IMG/VR virus record: IMGVR_UViG_3300010397_000042
Coordinates: 25,012-89,011 of that record
Strand: one strand, 5' to 3'
DNA: 64,000 nt
DNA from: a virus
This document shows positions 26,610-34,703 of this stretch, piece after piece. Every line of letters begins with the position of its first letter. Within the stretch, counting starts at the first letter, position 1. The position numbers were made by a program, and so were the translations under genes. A model generated the notes under the pieces. It had not been told where the DNA came from. It saw only the letters and a list, made by a program, of their open reading frames with translations, and did no database searches.

Positions 26610-27431
26610 TCATGTGCCCTCCTGCGTTGCCTTGGCCGAGGCTCGCCACGCCTCGAGCGCGTTTGAGAGGACCACGTAGGTCCCGAACCCTACCTGCGTC
26701 TCCCGGATGTCATTCTTCCCGAGGGTCTCGCGGACTCTTTCTGCAACCTCGGCGACCTTCCGGAGCGCGGCGAGCTCGATGTGCAACGCTTCGAGCTTCG
26801 ATGCGTCGCCAGAATTGAGCACCCGGATATCGCCGACCCGGGGGGCCGTGCGATCGAATTCAGCGCAAGGACCATCGCACGGCGTTGCCCTCTCTCGGCG
26901 TCGCAGCGCACGGAAAGTCTCGACGAGATGGTGCTCGATATGGCCGTTGCTCACGTCGCGCTCGACGATGGCCACGCATGCCTCAATGGCGTTGTCCCAC
27001 GTCGCGTCCAGCGATGCAGTCCAGCTCGGCTGCGCCTCGTTGGAGCAATACCCTGGCACATCGCGCCGAAGATTCTCGGGCATGCGACGCCACACGAAGG
27101 GGTCAATCCCTGACCCTACGGGCGGGTCATCGGCGGAGTCCCGCTCATCTACCTGCTCCCAAAACCCGCACTCCTCGGGATGACCTGAGGGGCGATGACA
27201 ACGCCTCAGAAACGGGATATCGGACTGAACGGCGAACGTACCCGTGCACCTCGGTTCGGCGGAGCAAAGCGGGATCCGCTCCCCATCCTCGCTTACATAC
27301 GTGTCTGCAGGTCCTGGTACGATGGCGATAGTTGTCTCGCTCTCTCCTCGTCCTTGAGCAGTATTCACCAGACGGCTTTTCGGCTTTGCCGTGCCATCCT
27401 CATCTAAACGAGCAAACTCATCATTCGACAT
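26610..27431 (-). CDS. Hypothetical protein
   Basis: AAGGAG RBS; 273 aa. Confidence 0.6.
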   Translation of the reverse strand: MSNDEFARLDEDGTAKPKSRLVNTAQGRGESETTIAIVPGPADTYVSEDGERIPLCSAEPRCTGTFAVQSDIPFLRRCHRPSGHPEECGFWEQVDERDSADDPPVGSGIDPFVWRRMPENLRRDVPGYCSNEAQPSWTASLDATWDNAIEACVAIVERDVSNGHIEHHLVETFRALRRRERATPCDGPCAEFDRTAPRVGDIRVLNSGDASKLEALHIELAALRKVAEVAERVRETLGKNDIRETQVGFGTYVVLSNALEAWRASAKATQEGT

Positions 27432-27441
27432 AGCTAACTCC

Positions 27442-27897
27442 TTATGCCCATTCGACGTAGTCTGCTTCGAGTTGCGCTAGCGTGCGTGTTTCATCGTTGA
27501 TCCGACGTGTCAGACTAGCGATCGTGCTCTGGATCGATTCACGTCGCTTCTCGAGCACGCTGGGTACCGGCTTACCGAGGTACCGACGGAAGAAATCGGT
27601 AGCCGTGAAGCGCCGTCCATCCATGGTTTCCAGTCCCTCAATACTCTCATTCCGGCCTGAGAAGGATCGAAGTACCCAGCACTGCTTTCCGACCATGTCA
27701 TCGAGCTTGTTCACTCGAAACAGAGCGCAGATCTCTCTGGTCCACTGCTCTCGGAATTCGTTCAGTACATAGCCACCGAAGGCTTGAAAGCACCCTTCGG
27801 TGAGTCTGATTCCGATAAACATGGTATCGAACCGTCCATCGCAGTCGTCATCTTTGATGTAATCGATGGTTCCGTGCTCACGATGTTGCTTTTTCAT
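27442..27897 (-). CDS. Hypothetical protein with C-terminal coiled coil
   Basis: ATGA-coupled. Confidence 0.65.
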   Translation of the reverse strand: MKKQHREHGTIDYIKDDDCDGRFDTMFIGIRLTEGCFQAFGGYVLNEFREQWTREICALFRVNKLDDMVGKQCWVLRSFSGRNESIEGLETMDGRRFTATDFFRRYLGKPVPSVLEKRRESIQSTIASLTRRINDETRTLAQLEADYVEWA

Positions 27898-28289
27898 GAT
27901 CCGAACTCCACAAGTCGAACGGGAATGCCCTTCTCTCGAGCCTTCTTGACGGTGTCCATGGTGCCTCCTGTCTTTCCATCCCAGAACGCGAGCACGTAAT
28001 CGACCCCCGAGTTCACCATCTGAGTGTTCCTCATCGGGCCGGCTTTCTTCCCGTAGGTGTTCCAGTCGGCAAGAAAGACCTCCGTTGAGAACCCCATTTC
28101 CTTAGCCACACCGTCGGCAAACATGTCCGCACCGCTCTCCAGTACCTGCTTTCTTCGAACCATCTTGTACTTTCCCTGTCCTCCATGGACGATCGTGACG
28201 CCCTCTTCAGGAAGCGTTTCGAACTCACGCCTCATGACGGGTAGATGCTTCTCGCGGAACGTTCGGGACCCGCAAACAAGTACTCTCAT
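27894..28289 (-). CDS. YspA/DUF2493-type SLOG domain protein
   Basis: RVLVCGSR, IVHGG, GAD..A, ADW..YGKKAGPMRN..M, AFWDG..GGT. Confidence 0.88.
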   Translation of the reverse strand: MRVLVCGSRTFREKHLPVMRREFETLPEEGVTIVHGGQGKYKMVRRKQVLESGADMFADGVAKEMGFSTEVFLADWNTYGKKAGPMRNTQMVNSGVDYVLAFWDGKTGGTMDTVKKAREKGIPVRLVEFGS

Positions 28290-28537
28290 GCTCGAGCCAG
28301 CCGATCGAAGTGAATTTGAGCCTCATCCAGAGCGAATTTGGCCTTCTTCAACAACTCAACTCGAAGTCGCGCCACTGCTTCCTCAGGCGAATCGGCCACG
28401 ACGACCTTGTGAACTGCCCCAGGAAGCACCGTTCCAGCACTCCACTTGCCCCCGTTGATGCAAAAAGTGACCGTACTCGCCGGAAAAGCATTCAAAATAG
28501 CCCTAATATCGTCGTTCATGCTTGGTACTCGGGGCAC
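28286..28537 (-). CDS. Hypothetical protein
   Basis: Coupled to neighbours; start probably 28519. Confidence 0.55.
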   Translation of the reverse strand: MPRVPSMNDDIRAILNAFPASTVTFCINGGKWSAGTVLPGAVHKVVVADSPEEAVARLRVELLKKAKFALDEAQIHFDRLARA

Positions 28538-28725
28538 ATCGACATTGCCTTCTTCGCGTAGAAGCAGGCTTCTTCCATCTTCGTTCGACAGAGACTCAGC
28601 TCCCTCGACTCCACGGTAAGAGCTCGTAGAAGTCCTTCCAGCATCAGATCGAACCCTTGTGCGATTTGCTTGGCTCGTTCTTGCCCTTGCTCATTCAACA
28701 TGTGTACTTCAAATTCCTTATTCAT
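28516..28725 (-). CDS. Acb2/Tad1-like helical hairpin protein (candidate immune-signal sponge)
   Basis: F.VH.L...G...A..I...F...L....SRELSLCRTKMEEACFYAKKAM. Confidence 0.6.
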   Translation of the reverse strand: MNKEFEVHMLNEQGQERAKQIAQGFDLMLEGLLRALTVESRELSLCRTKMEEACFYAKKAMSMCPEYQA

Positions 28726-28913
28726 TTAGCAGGCACCTCTCCGTTCCCATCACACCAATCGCAGTCAATCCATCCGAAACCCTGACACTCCTCGCACTCC
28801 CCAACCTCTTCGTCGTCAGGATGCGTGTCCGCGTCACCCGAGCCCCCGCAGTTCCAGCAGATGATGGTCCCATCGCCATCGCACTCTGGGCATTCATCGT
28901 AAATCTCGTCCAT
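28722..28913 (-). CDS. Stand-alone DnaJ-type cysteine-rich Zn finger
   Basis: Four CxxCxGxG repeats. Confidence 0.8.
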   Translation of the reverse strand: MDEIYDECPECDGDGTIICWNCGGSGDADTHPDDEEVGECEECQGFGWIDCDWCDGNGEVPAK

Positions 28914-29103
28914 TTCTCATAAGCTCCATAATGTCTTGTTCAAGCTCCCCGATCTTGCGATCTAAAACACGAATAATCCGAGCCAAATCTCGAGATTTGG
29001 GTGGAATCTTGTCGTTCCAAGCAGACTCGATCTCCAATTCCCGTGCTCGCTTGACGATGTCTTCCCAATCCCAGTCATCAACCGGATCCCAACGCTCGGT
29101 CAT
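28894..29103 (-). CDS. Hypothetical protein
   Basis: ATGA-coupled. Confidence 0.55.
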   Translation of the reverse strand: MTERWDPVDDWDWEDIVKRARELEIESAWNDKIPPKSRDLARIIRVLDRKIGELEQDIMELMRNGRDLR

Positions 29104-29498
29104 TCGAAGAACACCGAGGGGGTCGGATTGCCGTTTTGGATCCGAATCCAGCTCAAAAGCTCCCGCTTCCGGTCGCTCCCCAGCGCCGCCTGAAGCAGAA
29201 TCCGCTCCTCATGGGAGCGCACCGGTCGATTGAGATACACAATGACGTGTCGATGTGGGAGTCCGCTTTTGGAAGGAATGGCGCCGTATCCAAACACGTA
29301 TCCAGCTTGGCTCAGTACCGTGTAGTGTCTCAAAAACACCCCGAAGTCCTCTTCCGTATCGATATCGATGAAGAGTTCGTGCTCTGCTGGTTCCACAACC
29401 TGCTGTCCGGCTCCGGCAGCACACACCTTTTGAAAATCCTGACTGAAGTAGTCATCCAACGACGGTGCCTTGCGCACTTCCATGCAGAGTTTAGTCAT
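29100..29498 (-). CDS. Hypothetical protein with AEP-like motifs
   Basis: LFIDID, SKSG..HRH, GSD. Confidence 0.5.
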   Translation of the reverse strand: MTKLCMEVRKAPSLDDYFSQDFQKVCAAGAGQQVVEPAEHELFIDIDTEEDFGVFLRHYTVLSQAGYVFGYGAIPSKSGLPHRHVIVYLNRPVRSHEERILLQAALGSDRKRELLSWIRIQNGNPTPSVFFE

Positions 29499-29728
29499 AA
29501 TGTCCTCTTAGCTTTGAGCTTGGTAAGCCGGCATTCCAGATCTGCAATCTGCTTTTCGATCTCACCGCATTTGAAACAAGTCCAGACACCATCTACCTCG
29601 ATTTCCGATTTCGTAGCGTCATCTAGACCCTCCTCGTAAGAACCAATCGCCTTATGTCCACACGAGAGCACGGGAAACCACTGACGTGGCGGCTGATAAT
29701 CGGCCCAGTCTATGATCTTGACCTTCAT
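29495..29728 (-). CDS. Hypothetical Zn-binding protein
   Basis: LSCGH...CFKC. Confidence 0.55.
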   Translation of the reverse strand: MKVKIIDWADYQPPRQWFPVLSCGHKAIGSYEEGLDDATKSEIEVDGVWTCFKCGEIEKQIADLECRLTKLKAKRTL

Positions 29729-30087
29729 AGAAAACGCTCCACTCGACGCTGTTCTGGCGTCACTAGATCCCCATACCAAATCTCAACCTCATCGAGTGCC
29801 ACCCAGTGCTCGATTCCGTGAACTGGCACTCGTAATCCAGGCACCTGACTGTGAACATCGTAGGAATGCCCATGGTCGTAGACCCTACGGGTCTCAGTTC
29901 GGATGGAGATCAGTTCGAAGGTTGCGACTCCATTCGGCCATTGCACCATAACGACATCCCCATCCTCGAAGATGAGTCCGTATCGAACGTTGGCCGTCTT
30001 GTCCGGACCCAGCCCGAATCCTGGAAGGGAGAAGTAGATGTTTCCCCAGTCATCATGCCGCTCAAGTTTGATGTATTGATGGCTCAT
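29725..30087 (-). CDS. Hypothetical protein
   Basis: ATGA-coupled. Confidence 0.55.
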   Translation of the reverse strand: MSHQYIKLERHDDWGNIYFSLPGFGLGPDKTANVRYGLIFEDGDVVMVQWPNGVATFELISIRTETRRVYDHGHSYDVHSQVPGLRVPVHGIEHWVALDEVEIWYGDLVTPEQRRVERFL

Positions 30088-30383
30088 CGACCATCCCATC
30101 GGAAGCGTTCCATGACCGTCCTAGCCTTTGAAATGGAACCCCATACGATCAGGTTGTAGACGTCGCTAATGAGTTCCTGCGCTCGCCAACGCATTAGCGC
30201 CAGCTCATCGCGTTCTTTCCGCAGCTCCTCATTCTCAGCCCTCAGAACCTCGAGCTCCTGCTCGTAGGAGGCCTTGATTGACGAAACAGCAGCTCCGGCC
30301 ACCGCTCCAACAGCCTCATTGAGATCCTTCCACGGATCCTGCTGGGGCTGCCTCCAGTTTGAAATCCAATCTCTAATACTCAC
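30084..30383 (-). CDS. Hypothetical coiled-coil protein
   Basis: GTGA-coupled. Confidence 0.55.
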   Translation of the reverse strand: MSIRDWISNWRQPQQDPWKDLNEAVGAVAGAAVSSIKASYEQELEVLRAENEELRKERDELALMRWRAQELISDVYNLIVWGSISKARTVMERFRWDGR

Positions 30384-30610
30384 GACTGAGATCTCCAGGA
30401 CTGAAGGGCGTCTCGCATGGCCACCAAGTAGGCCTCAACGGCTACGACCTCGGCCTCGAACATCGTCTCACACGGAACCCAGTTTCTCGCCGTCTGTACC
30501 AAGACTCGAGCCTGAGCGAGCTCCTCCGGTGAGGTTCGCCAGAACCTGAACGTGAGCGATAACTCACCCGGTTGCTCGGCGTCATCATCATGCCAATCGA
30601 TCCGAATCAT
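30380..30610 (-). CDS. Hypothetical protein
   Basis: ATGA-coupled. Confidence 0.55.
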   Translation of the reverse strand: MIRIDWHDDDAEQPGELSLTFRFWRTSPEELAQARVLVQTARNWVPCETMFEAEVVAVEAYLVAMRDALQSWRSQS

Positions 30611-30825
30611 CGTCCGTATTCTGCCTCCTCGGCAGCTTGTTGGAGTTGCTCACCAAGCATTCGAGCGATGTCGCACGTGAGAGTTTGACCGGTTCCTCCG
30701 ATGCTCAGGTGAACCTGTTTTCCCTCCTCATTCCACGTGAGCTTGATATCTTCGAACATCCAAACAGCGCTTCTTTCCATTGCAGGCACCCTCTCTATTT
30801 CTCCCGGCGTTCGATATGCACTCAT
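30607..30825 (-). CDS. Hypothetical protein
   Basis: ATGA-coupled. Confidence 0.55.
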   Translation of the reverse strand: MSAYRTPGEIERVPAMERSAVWMFEDIKLTWNEEGKQVHLSIGGTGQTLTCDIARMLGEQLQQAAEEAEYGR

Positions 30826-31073
30826 AGCTTCAGAACCTCCTCAGCTTCCTCCGCGATGTCGGAGAGCTCGAGGATGATTTCTGCGGCATCATCGCCATGC
30901 CAACTCAGATGGACCAACCTCTCCAGAATCTCTTCCATCGCTTCGTATTTCTCTCGGTTCATTTCGTAGTCCTTATAAAACGGGTCCCCGGAGCCGTAGC
31001 TCCGGGAAATCCCTAATCTGAAGAAGAGAAGAACCCATAAGGCCAAAAGAGAGACATTGAGAACCTTGTCCAC
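30822..31073 (-). CDS. Hypothetical membrane-anchored protein
   Basis: N-terminal hydrophobic helix. Confidence 0.5.
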   Translation of the reverse strand: MDKVLNVSLLALWVLLFFRLGISRSYGSGDPFYKDYEMNREKYEAMEEILERLVHLSWHGDDAAEIILELSDIAEEAEEVLKL

Positions 31074-31244
31074 GCTTGCATGACCTCGGGACTGGACTTC
31101 AGCCCCTTGAACTGCTCGAGGACTTCAGCTCCCACAAGATTCCAGACATCCTCCCAGGAATCCCATCGTCCCATCATCCAAAGAGGACAGAACCATGTGA
31201 GTACCGACAGTCCGGAATAGAAGAAGATAAGCGAAGCGATAAAG

Positions 31245-31604
31245 CTAACCATTGATAAGCTCCAACAGGTCACCCATCGCCACGTCACGATCCAAACAAC
31301 GAAACTCGATCTTCAGGCCGTATTCCATCGCCGTTCGAAACGCATACCTCATCCCACCACTCACGCCTCGATCGAGATAGAACGCCACCACGTCGGCAAA
31401 CTCACGCCACGCGAATCCAGCCTGGATGCCCTGCTGTCGCTCATCAAACACCGCGTCATTGAGAATACCCTGTTGCGTGTACAGTAGATGACTCGCAAAC
31501 GGTGCTTCCTTGCGGTTGAGGCAATCCTTCATACACTTTCGAGCGTATGCGACGTTTGCCGTAACCTCGCCCTCATACGGAGATTCGATAACTACCAGCC
31601 GCAC
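31245..31604 (-). CDS. Nucleoside 2-deoxyribosyltransferase-like (DUF4406-like) protein
   Basis: VVIESPYEG...N..YAR......EAPFASHLLY...ER..G...G..W...AD....Y.D.G.S.GM. Confidence 0.7.
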   Translation of the reverse strand: MRLVVIESPYEGEVTANVAYARKCMKDCLNRKEAPFASHLLYTQQGILNDAVFDERQQGIQAGFAWREFADVVAFYLDRGVSGGMRYAFRTAMEYGLKIEFRCLDRDVAMGDLLELING

Positions 31605-31984
31605 TTCTCGGACTCCTCGATCTCCATGTCCATGAGCTTGCGACAGAACTTGAGATCCGTTGTGCATCTGAAGTCGGTAAACTGACGACGAGCCTCGAAC
31701 TCGGCGACCGGTCCGTCGTCGTAGTGACTCAGGATGACGGCCTGGTTTGCGTTCGCCGTGACGTCGTCGGTAAGCAAGACCTTGCGGATGTCCTCGGCGA
31801 GCTTGAGTACCTGCTCGAGACGAGCCATCTTCTCATCCTCGTTCCAGAGTTCGGAAGTCGCCCAGAGCAACATGTGTCCAAGCTGCTTCTTGAGGATTCG
31901 TGATCTCAAGTCGTGAACTTGCTGATCCTCTTCCAGCTTCAGCAACGCACCCGACCAACCCTCTACGTACTTCGGCTCAGACAT
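31592..31984 (-). CDS. Hypothetical protein
   Basis: GGAGGAG RBS before ATG 31984. Confidence 0.6.
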   Translation of the reverse strand: MSEPKYVEGWSGALLKLEEDQQVHDLRSRILKKQLGHMLLWATSELWNEDEKMARLEQVLKLAEDIRKVLLTDDVTANANQAVILSHYDDGPVAEFEARRQFTDFRCTTDLKFCRKLMDMEIEESEKCGW

Positions 31985-32369
31985 TCTGCTCCTCCACGAA
32001 CTTCCTAATGTGAGCCGCGACCTCACGAGCGGTCGCATCCTCACCGAGTCGGCCGTCGGCGTAGTTGTTTGGAATGAAGAGCCGCAAGTACTCACTTATT
32101 GAGAGTCCAAAGATCCTCTCTGCGACCTCTACAGCTCCGGAATTCTCGTTGTCTGCCATCCTGGGCATGACTCCTCTGAACTCGTCTGGAACCAGAGTGG
32201 CACCCAGCTTCTGGAACTCTGGCATCGAGCAAGCCCAACCCAGTGCACAAGCGGTGGTCCCGCAACCACCCTCGAACCAGTCATCGGACGCCCAACTCGC
32301 GTAATTGAACCTCTCTGGTGGAAGATCATCCAGAAAGTCAGCCAATCTAAGCAATCGTTCTTTATTCAT
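31977..32369 (-). CDS. Hypothetical phage protein (CGTTAC..GWA family)
   Basis: ERLL.LADFL...F...W...CGTTACALGWA. Confidence 0.65.
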   Translation of the reverse strand: MNKERLLRLADFLDDLPPERFNYASWASDDWFEGGCGTTACALGWACSMPEFQKLGATLVPDEFRGVMPRMADNENSGAVEVAERIFGLSISEYLRLFIPNNYADGRLGEDATAREVAAHIRKFVEEQNV

Positions 32370-32692
32370 TCCCAGCTCCTACACGGTCCACATCGGAACC
32401 CCTCTTTGACCTCGGCAAATTCGTTGTAGTCTCCACATTTGCTGCAAACAGCTCCGTAGACTGGAGGTGCAGCTTTGAACGTTTGAATCGTGGGCACCCC
32501 GAAGCGCCGCCACTTGTAGGCACCCCGCTGGTGATAGGTGATGTAGAAGTCCAACCCATCAAGATTCAACTTGACGTAACTTCCACTTATTTGGGTGACA
32601 GTCCCTTCACCAAGAGGGATACCGCTGTAATCGACCTCAATGATATCGCCTACTATGAGATCCTCAGGACAGTCCCAATCAGTCATCATCAT
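32366..32692 (-). CDS. Hypothetical protein with C-terminal Zn finger
   Basis: GAGGA RBS; CSKC...CGPC. Confidence 0.55.
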   Translation of the reverse strand: MMMTDWDCPEDLIVGDIIEVDYSGIPLGEGTVTQISGSYVKLNLDGLDFYITYHQRGAYKWRRFGVPTIQTFKAAPPVYGAVCSKCGDYNEFAEVKEGFRCGPCRSWE

Positions 32693-32915
32693 CTTCCTCA
32701 GGTACACTTGGTAATCCTCGATTAGCTCGCAGGCGTCGGAGAGCTCCATGGGTATTTCGAAATGCGTGGTCTCGACCTGGCCATTCACCAAGATCTCGAA
32801 TTCCACCCTGGAAGTAGACGGCGTTTCGCCAGAACTCACCCTCCAGCCACACAAGTGCATAGTAATCTCCGTCCTCGAATTCATAGTTGCCTTCTCCGAG
32901 ACGCTTCCAGCTCAC
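32679..32915 (-). CDS. Hypothetical protein
   Basis: GTGA-coupled to upstream gene. Confidence 0.55.
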   Translation of the reverse strand: MSWKRLGEGNYEFEDGDYYALVWLEGEFWRNAVYFQGGIRDLGEWPGRDHAFRNTHGALRRLRANRGLPSVPEEDDDD

Positions 32916-33151
32916 TTCTCAACGAGTTCTCCACTCGGCGTCACCTTGAAGTTCGCTCGAATCTTGGCTTCGGGGATAATCGTGTATCCCATCTCGTCTT
33001 CCTCGGTCACATGGTCGATGAGCCCATCGACGTCACCAGGGACCCACTCCGGGTTCTCCTCGAGAAAGTGGTAAACGTCGTCCTCTTCCTCAGCATCGAC
33101 GAAGAAGGTCACTAAGCGCTCCATCACCATATCGACTCGGTAAGTGTTCAT
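32912..33151 (-). CDS. Highly acidic small protein, leaderless
   Basis: ATG 7 nt after -10; D/E-rich. Confidence 0.65.
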   Translation of the reverse strand: MNTYRVDMVMERLVTFFVDAEEEDDVYHFLEENPEWVPGDVDGLIDHVTEEDEMGYTIIPEAKIRANFKVTPSGELVEK

Positions 33152-33158
33152 AGTCTGT

Positions 33159-33187
33159 ATTCTAGCACTAAACTCAGAGTGTGTCAA
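33159..33187 (-). promoter_or_regulatory. Box-containing promoter, leaderless
   Basis: TTGACA CACTCTGAG-TTTAGTGC TAGAAT. Confidence 0.82.
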
Positions 33188-33195
33188 ACGGTTTC

Positions 33196-33225
33196 AAAAG
33201 AAAAGGCGCCACTACCGACGCCTGT
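33196..33225 (-). terminator. Intrinsic terminator
   Basis: AGGCGTC-GGTAGT-GGCGCCT followed by TTTCTTTT. Confidence 0.7.
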
Positions 33226-33228
33226 TCT

Positions 33229-33684
33229 TCAGAGGACGAAGTACCGTCCCTCGATCTTGGTGATCACGCCACGAGACTTGAGCTCATCGAGGGCCGAATA
33301 CAACCGATCGCGGTGTTGCTGGTCGTCGAGCCCGTAGAGCTTACGAACGAGCACACCGTTGTCGATGTGGCCATTGCCCTCTTTGATGGCTTGGATGATG
33401 AGTTTCTGGACACGACTCGAGCCGCGAGGCTTGTTCCTAGGGGGTCCAGCATTACGGATAAGCCCAAGGTTTTCGAGATCGTCCCAAAGATTCAAGGACT
33501 TGATCTCTCGGTTGATGGTGCTGAGGCTAACCTCGAGGGCTTCCGCAGCCTCTTCGCGGTTTCCATCATGCTTCTTCATCGTATCAAGGATGAGCTTTCG
33601 GCGCTCTTCCTCTGTGAATCTGCGTCGCATTCCACTTCCTGCGGGTTCAGATTGGAATTTCTTAGCTCCCGCCCTGTTCTTCAT
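33229..33684 (-). CDS. Transcription regulator with Fis-type HTH plus winged helix
   Basis: HDGNREEAAEALEVSLSTINREIK; LYSALDELKSRGVITKIEGRYFV. Confidence 0.78.
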   Translation of the reverse strand: MKNRAGAKKFQSEPAGSGMRRRFTEEERRKLILDTMKKHDGNREEAAEALEVSLSTINREIKSLNLWDDLENLGLIRNAGPPRNKPRGSSRVQKLIIQAIKEGNGHIDNGVLVRKLYGLDDQQHRDRLYSALDELKSRGVITKIEGRYFVL

Positions 33685-33691
33685 GAGCTCT

Positions 33692-33719
33692 ATTTTAGGA
33701 CAATTTGAGAGTATGTCAA
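33692..33719 (-). promoter_or_regulatory. Box-containing promoter, leaderless (regulator gene)
   Basis: TTGACA TACTCTCAA-ATTGTCC TAAAAT (16-nt spacer); ATG 7 nt later. Confidence 0.7.
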
Positions 33720-33734
33720 TGTCATAGGTGAAAA

Positions 33735-34001
33735 ATGTCTAATCGTGCGAAAGAAGCTCAGAAAAAAGTCATCGAAGAGAAGCTGAAGGAGATGCTGATT
33801 TACTACGCCAGCATCAGCGGTGGGAAGTTCCCAGAGAATATCTGTGAGGATGAGAAGACCTACAAAGGTTTGGTGCTGCGATGGATGGAACCCATCATCC
33901 CGGGCGTCGACAACGTCATTCTGATCGAGGAGTGCTTGGGCGACAATTGGTCACTCCGGTTCGACAGGATTCGGGAGCAGATCAAAATTTTCACTCCGTA
34001 A
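33735..34001 (+). CDS. Hypothetical protein
   Basis: AGGTG RBS; first gene of rightward arm. Confidence 0.6.
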   Translation: MSNRAKEAQKKVIEEKLKEMLIYYASISGGKFPENICEDEKTYKGLVLRWMEPIIPGVDNVILIEECLGDNWSLRFDRIREQIKIFTP

Positions 34002-34031
34002 TGTGCTATACTCTTAGAAAAAGGAAATATT

Positions 34032-34703
34032 GTGGTTCAGGTTAGTGACGTCTTAGATTTTTTTGTAACCAGGTACGCGAACGCCCCCTCTGCGATGGGG
34101 GCATCGATGGAAATAGCCGAGAGTAACTTCGGAAAACGTAAAGAAGAAAGGCAGCACCGAAACTCCGATCAGATGGAGGAGGATCCTCCGAAGACGGGTC
34201 CGAACGAAGAGATAGTAGGACAATACATGCGGGTAGGTAACGATTTCGCCCGCGTCGACACGAATCAGGAAGTCCGGATGATGCGGCAAGCAAGAATCTT
34301 GCGCTGCATCCAAGAGTTCCAGAGTACAGCTGAGTTCAAAGACCGGTATGTGGACGGTGCGGCTGTCCTTCGCAAGGAAGCGCGGTTCAAGACGCTGTCC
34401 AAACTGAGGAAGTCAACCGCCTACCCCGAGGGGCTAATAGCGGTGGGCATTCTTCGGGCTTACCAAGAATGGGGGACGCAGAGCGTCGAGCGTGGACTCT
34501 TGGAAGTCTACAATTACCTGAAGAATATTGCACCTGAAAAGGTGCCTCATACCTCGAAGACGCATGCGGATCTGTTGCAGGCCTTCCGCGAGGGCGCCGA
34601 AAAACGAGCTCGGAATGCAGCGTGCGAAGCGTACGCGGATGCGCTCCTGGCCCTTCGAGATCACGTAATCGAGTTCAATCGCGAAGAAGCAAAACGGAAA
34701 TGA
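34032..34703 (+). CDS. Hypothetical protein
   Basis: Extended -10 TGCTATACT and AAAGGA upstream. Confidence 0.65.
   Translation: MVQVSDVLDFFVTRYANAPSAMGASMEIAESNFGKRKEERQHRNSDQMEEDPPKTGPNEEIVGQYMRVGNDFARVDTNQEVRMMRQARILRCIQEFQSTAEFKDRYVDGAAVLRKEARFKTLSKLRKSTAYPEGLIAVGILRAYQEWGTQSVERGLLEVYNYLKNIAPEKVPHTSKTHADLLQAFREGAEKRARNAACEAYADALLALRDHVIEFNREEAKRK

Noticed and set aside
30380-31073. WHDDDAE / WHGDDAAE similarity between two small proteins
   Set aside because: Too short and not extendable; likely chance
32693-32884. N-terminal extension of ORF 32366-32884
   Set aside because: Overlaps the translationally coupled gene 32679-32915; an RBS supports a start near 32692
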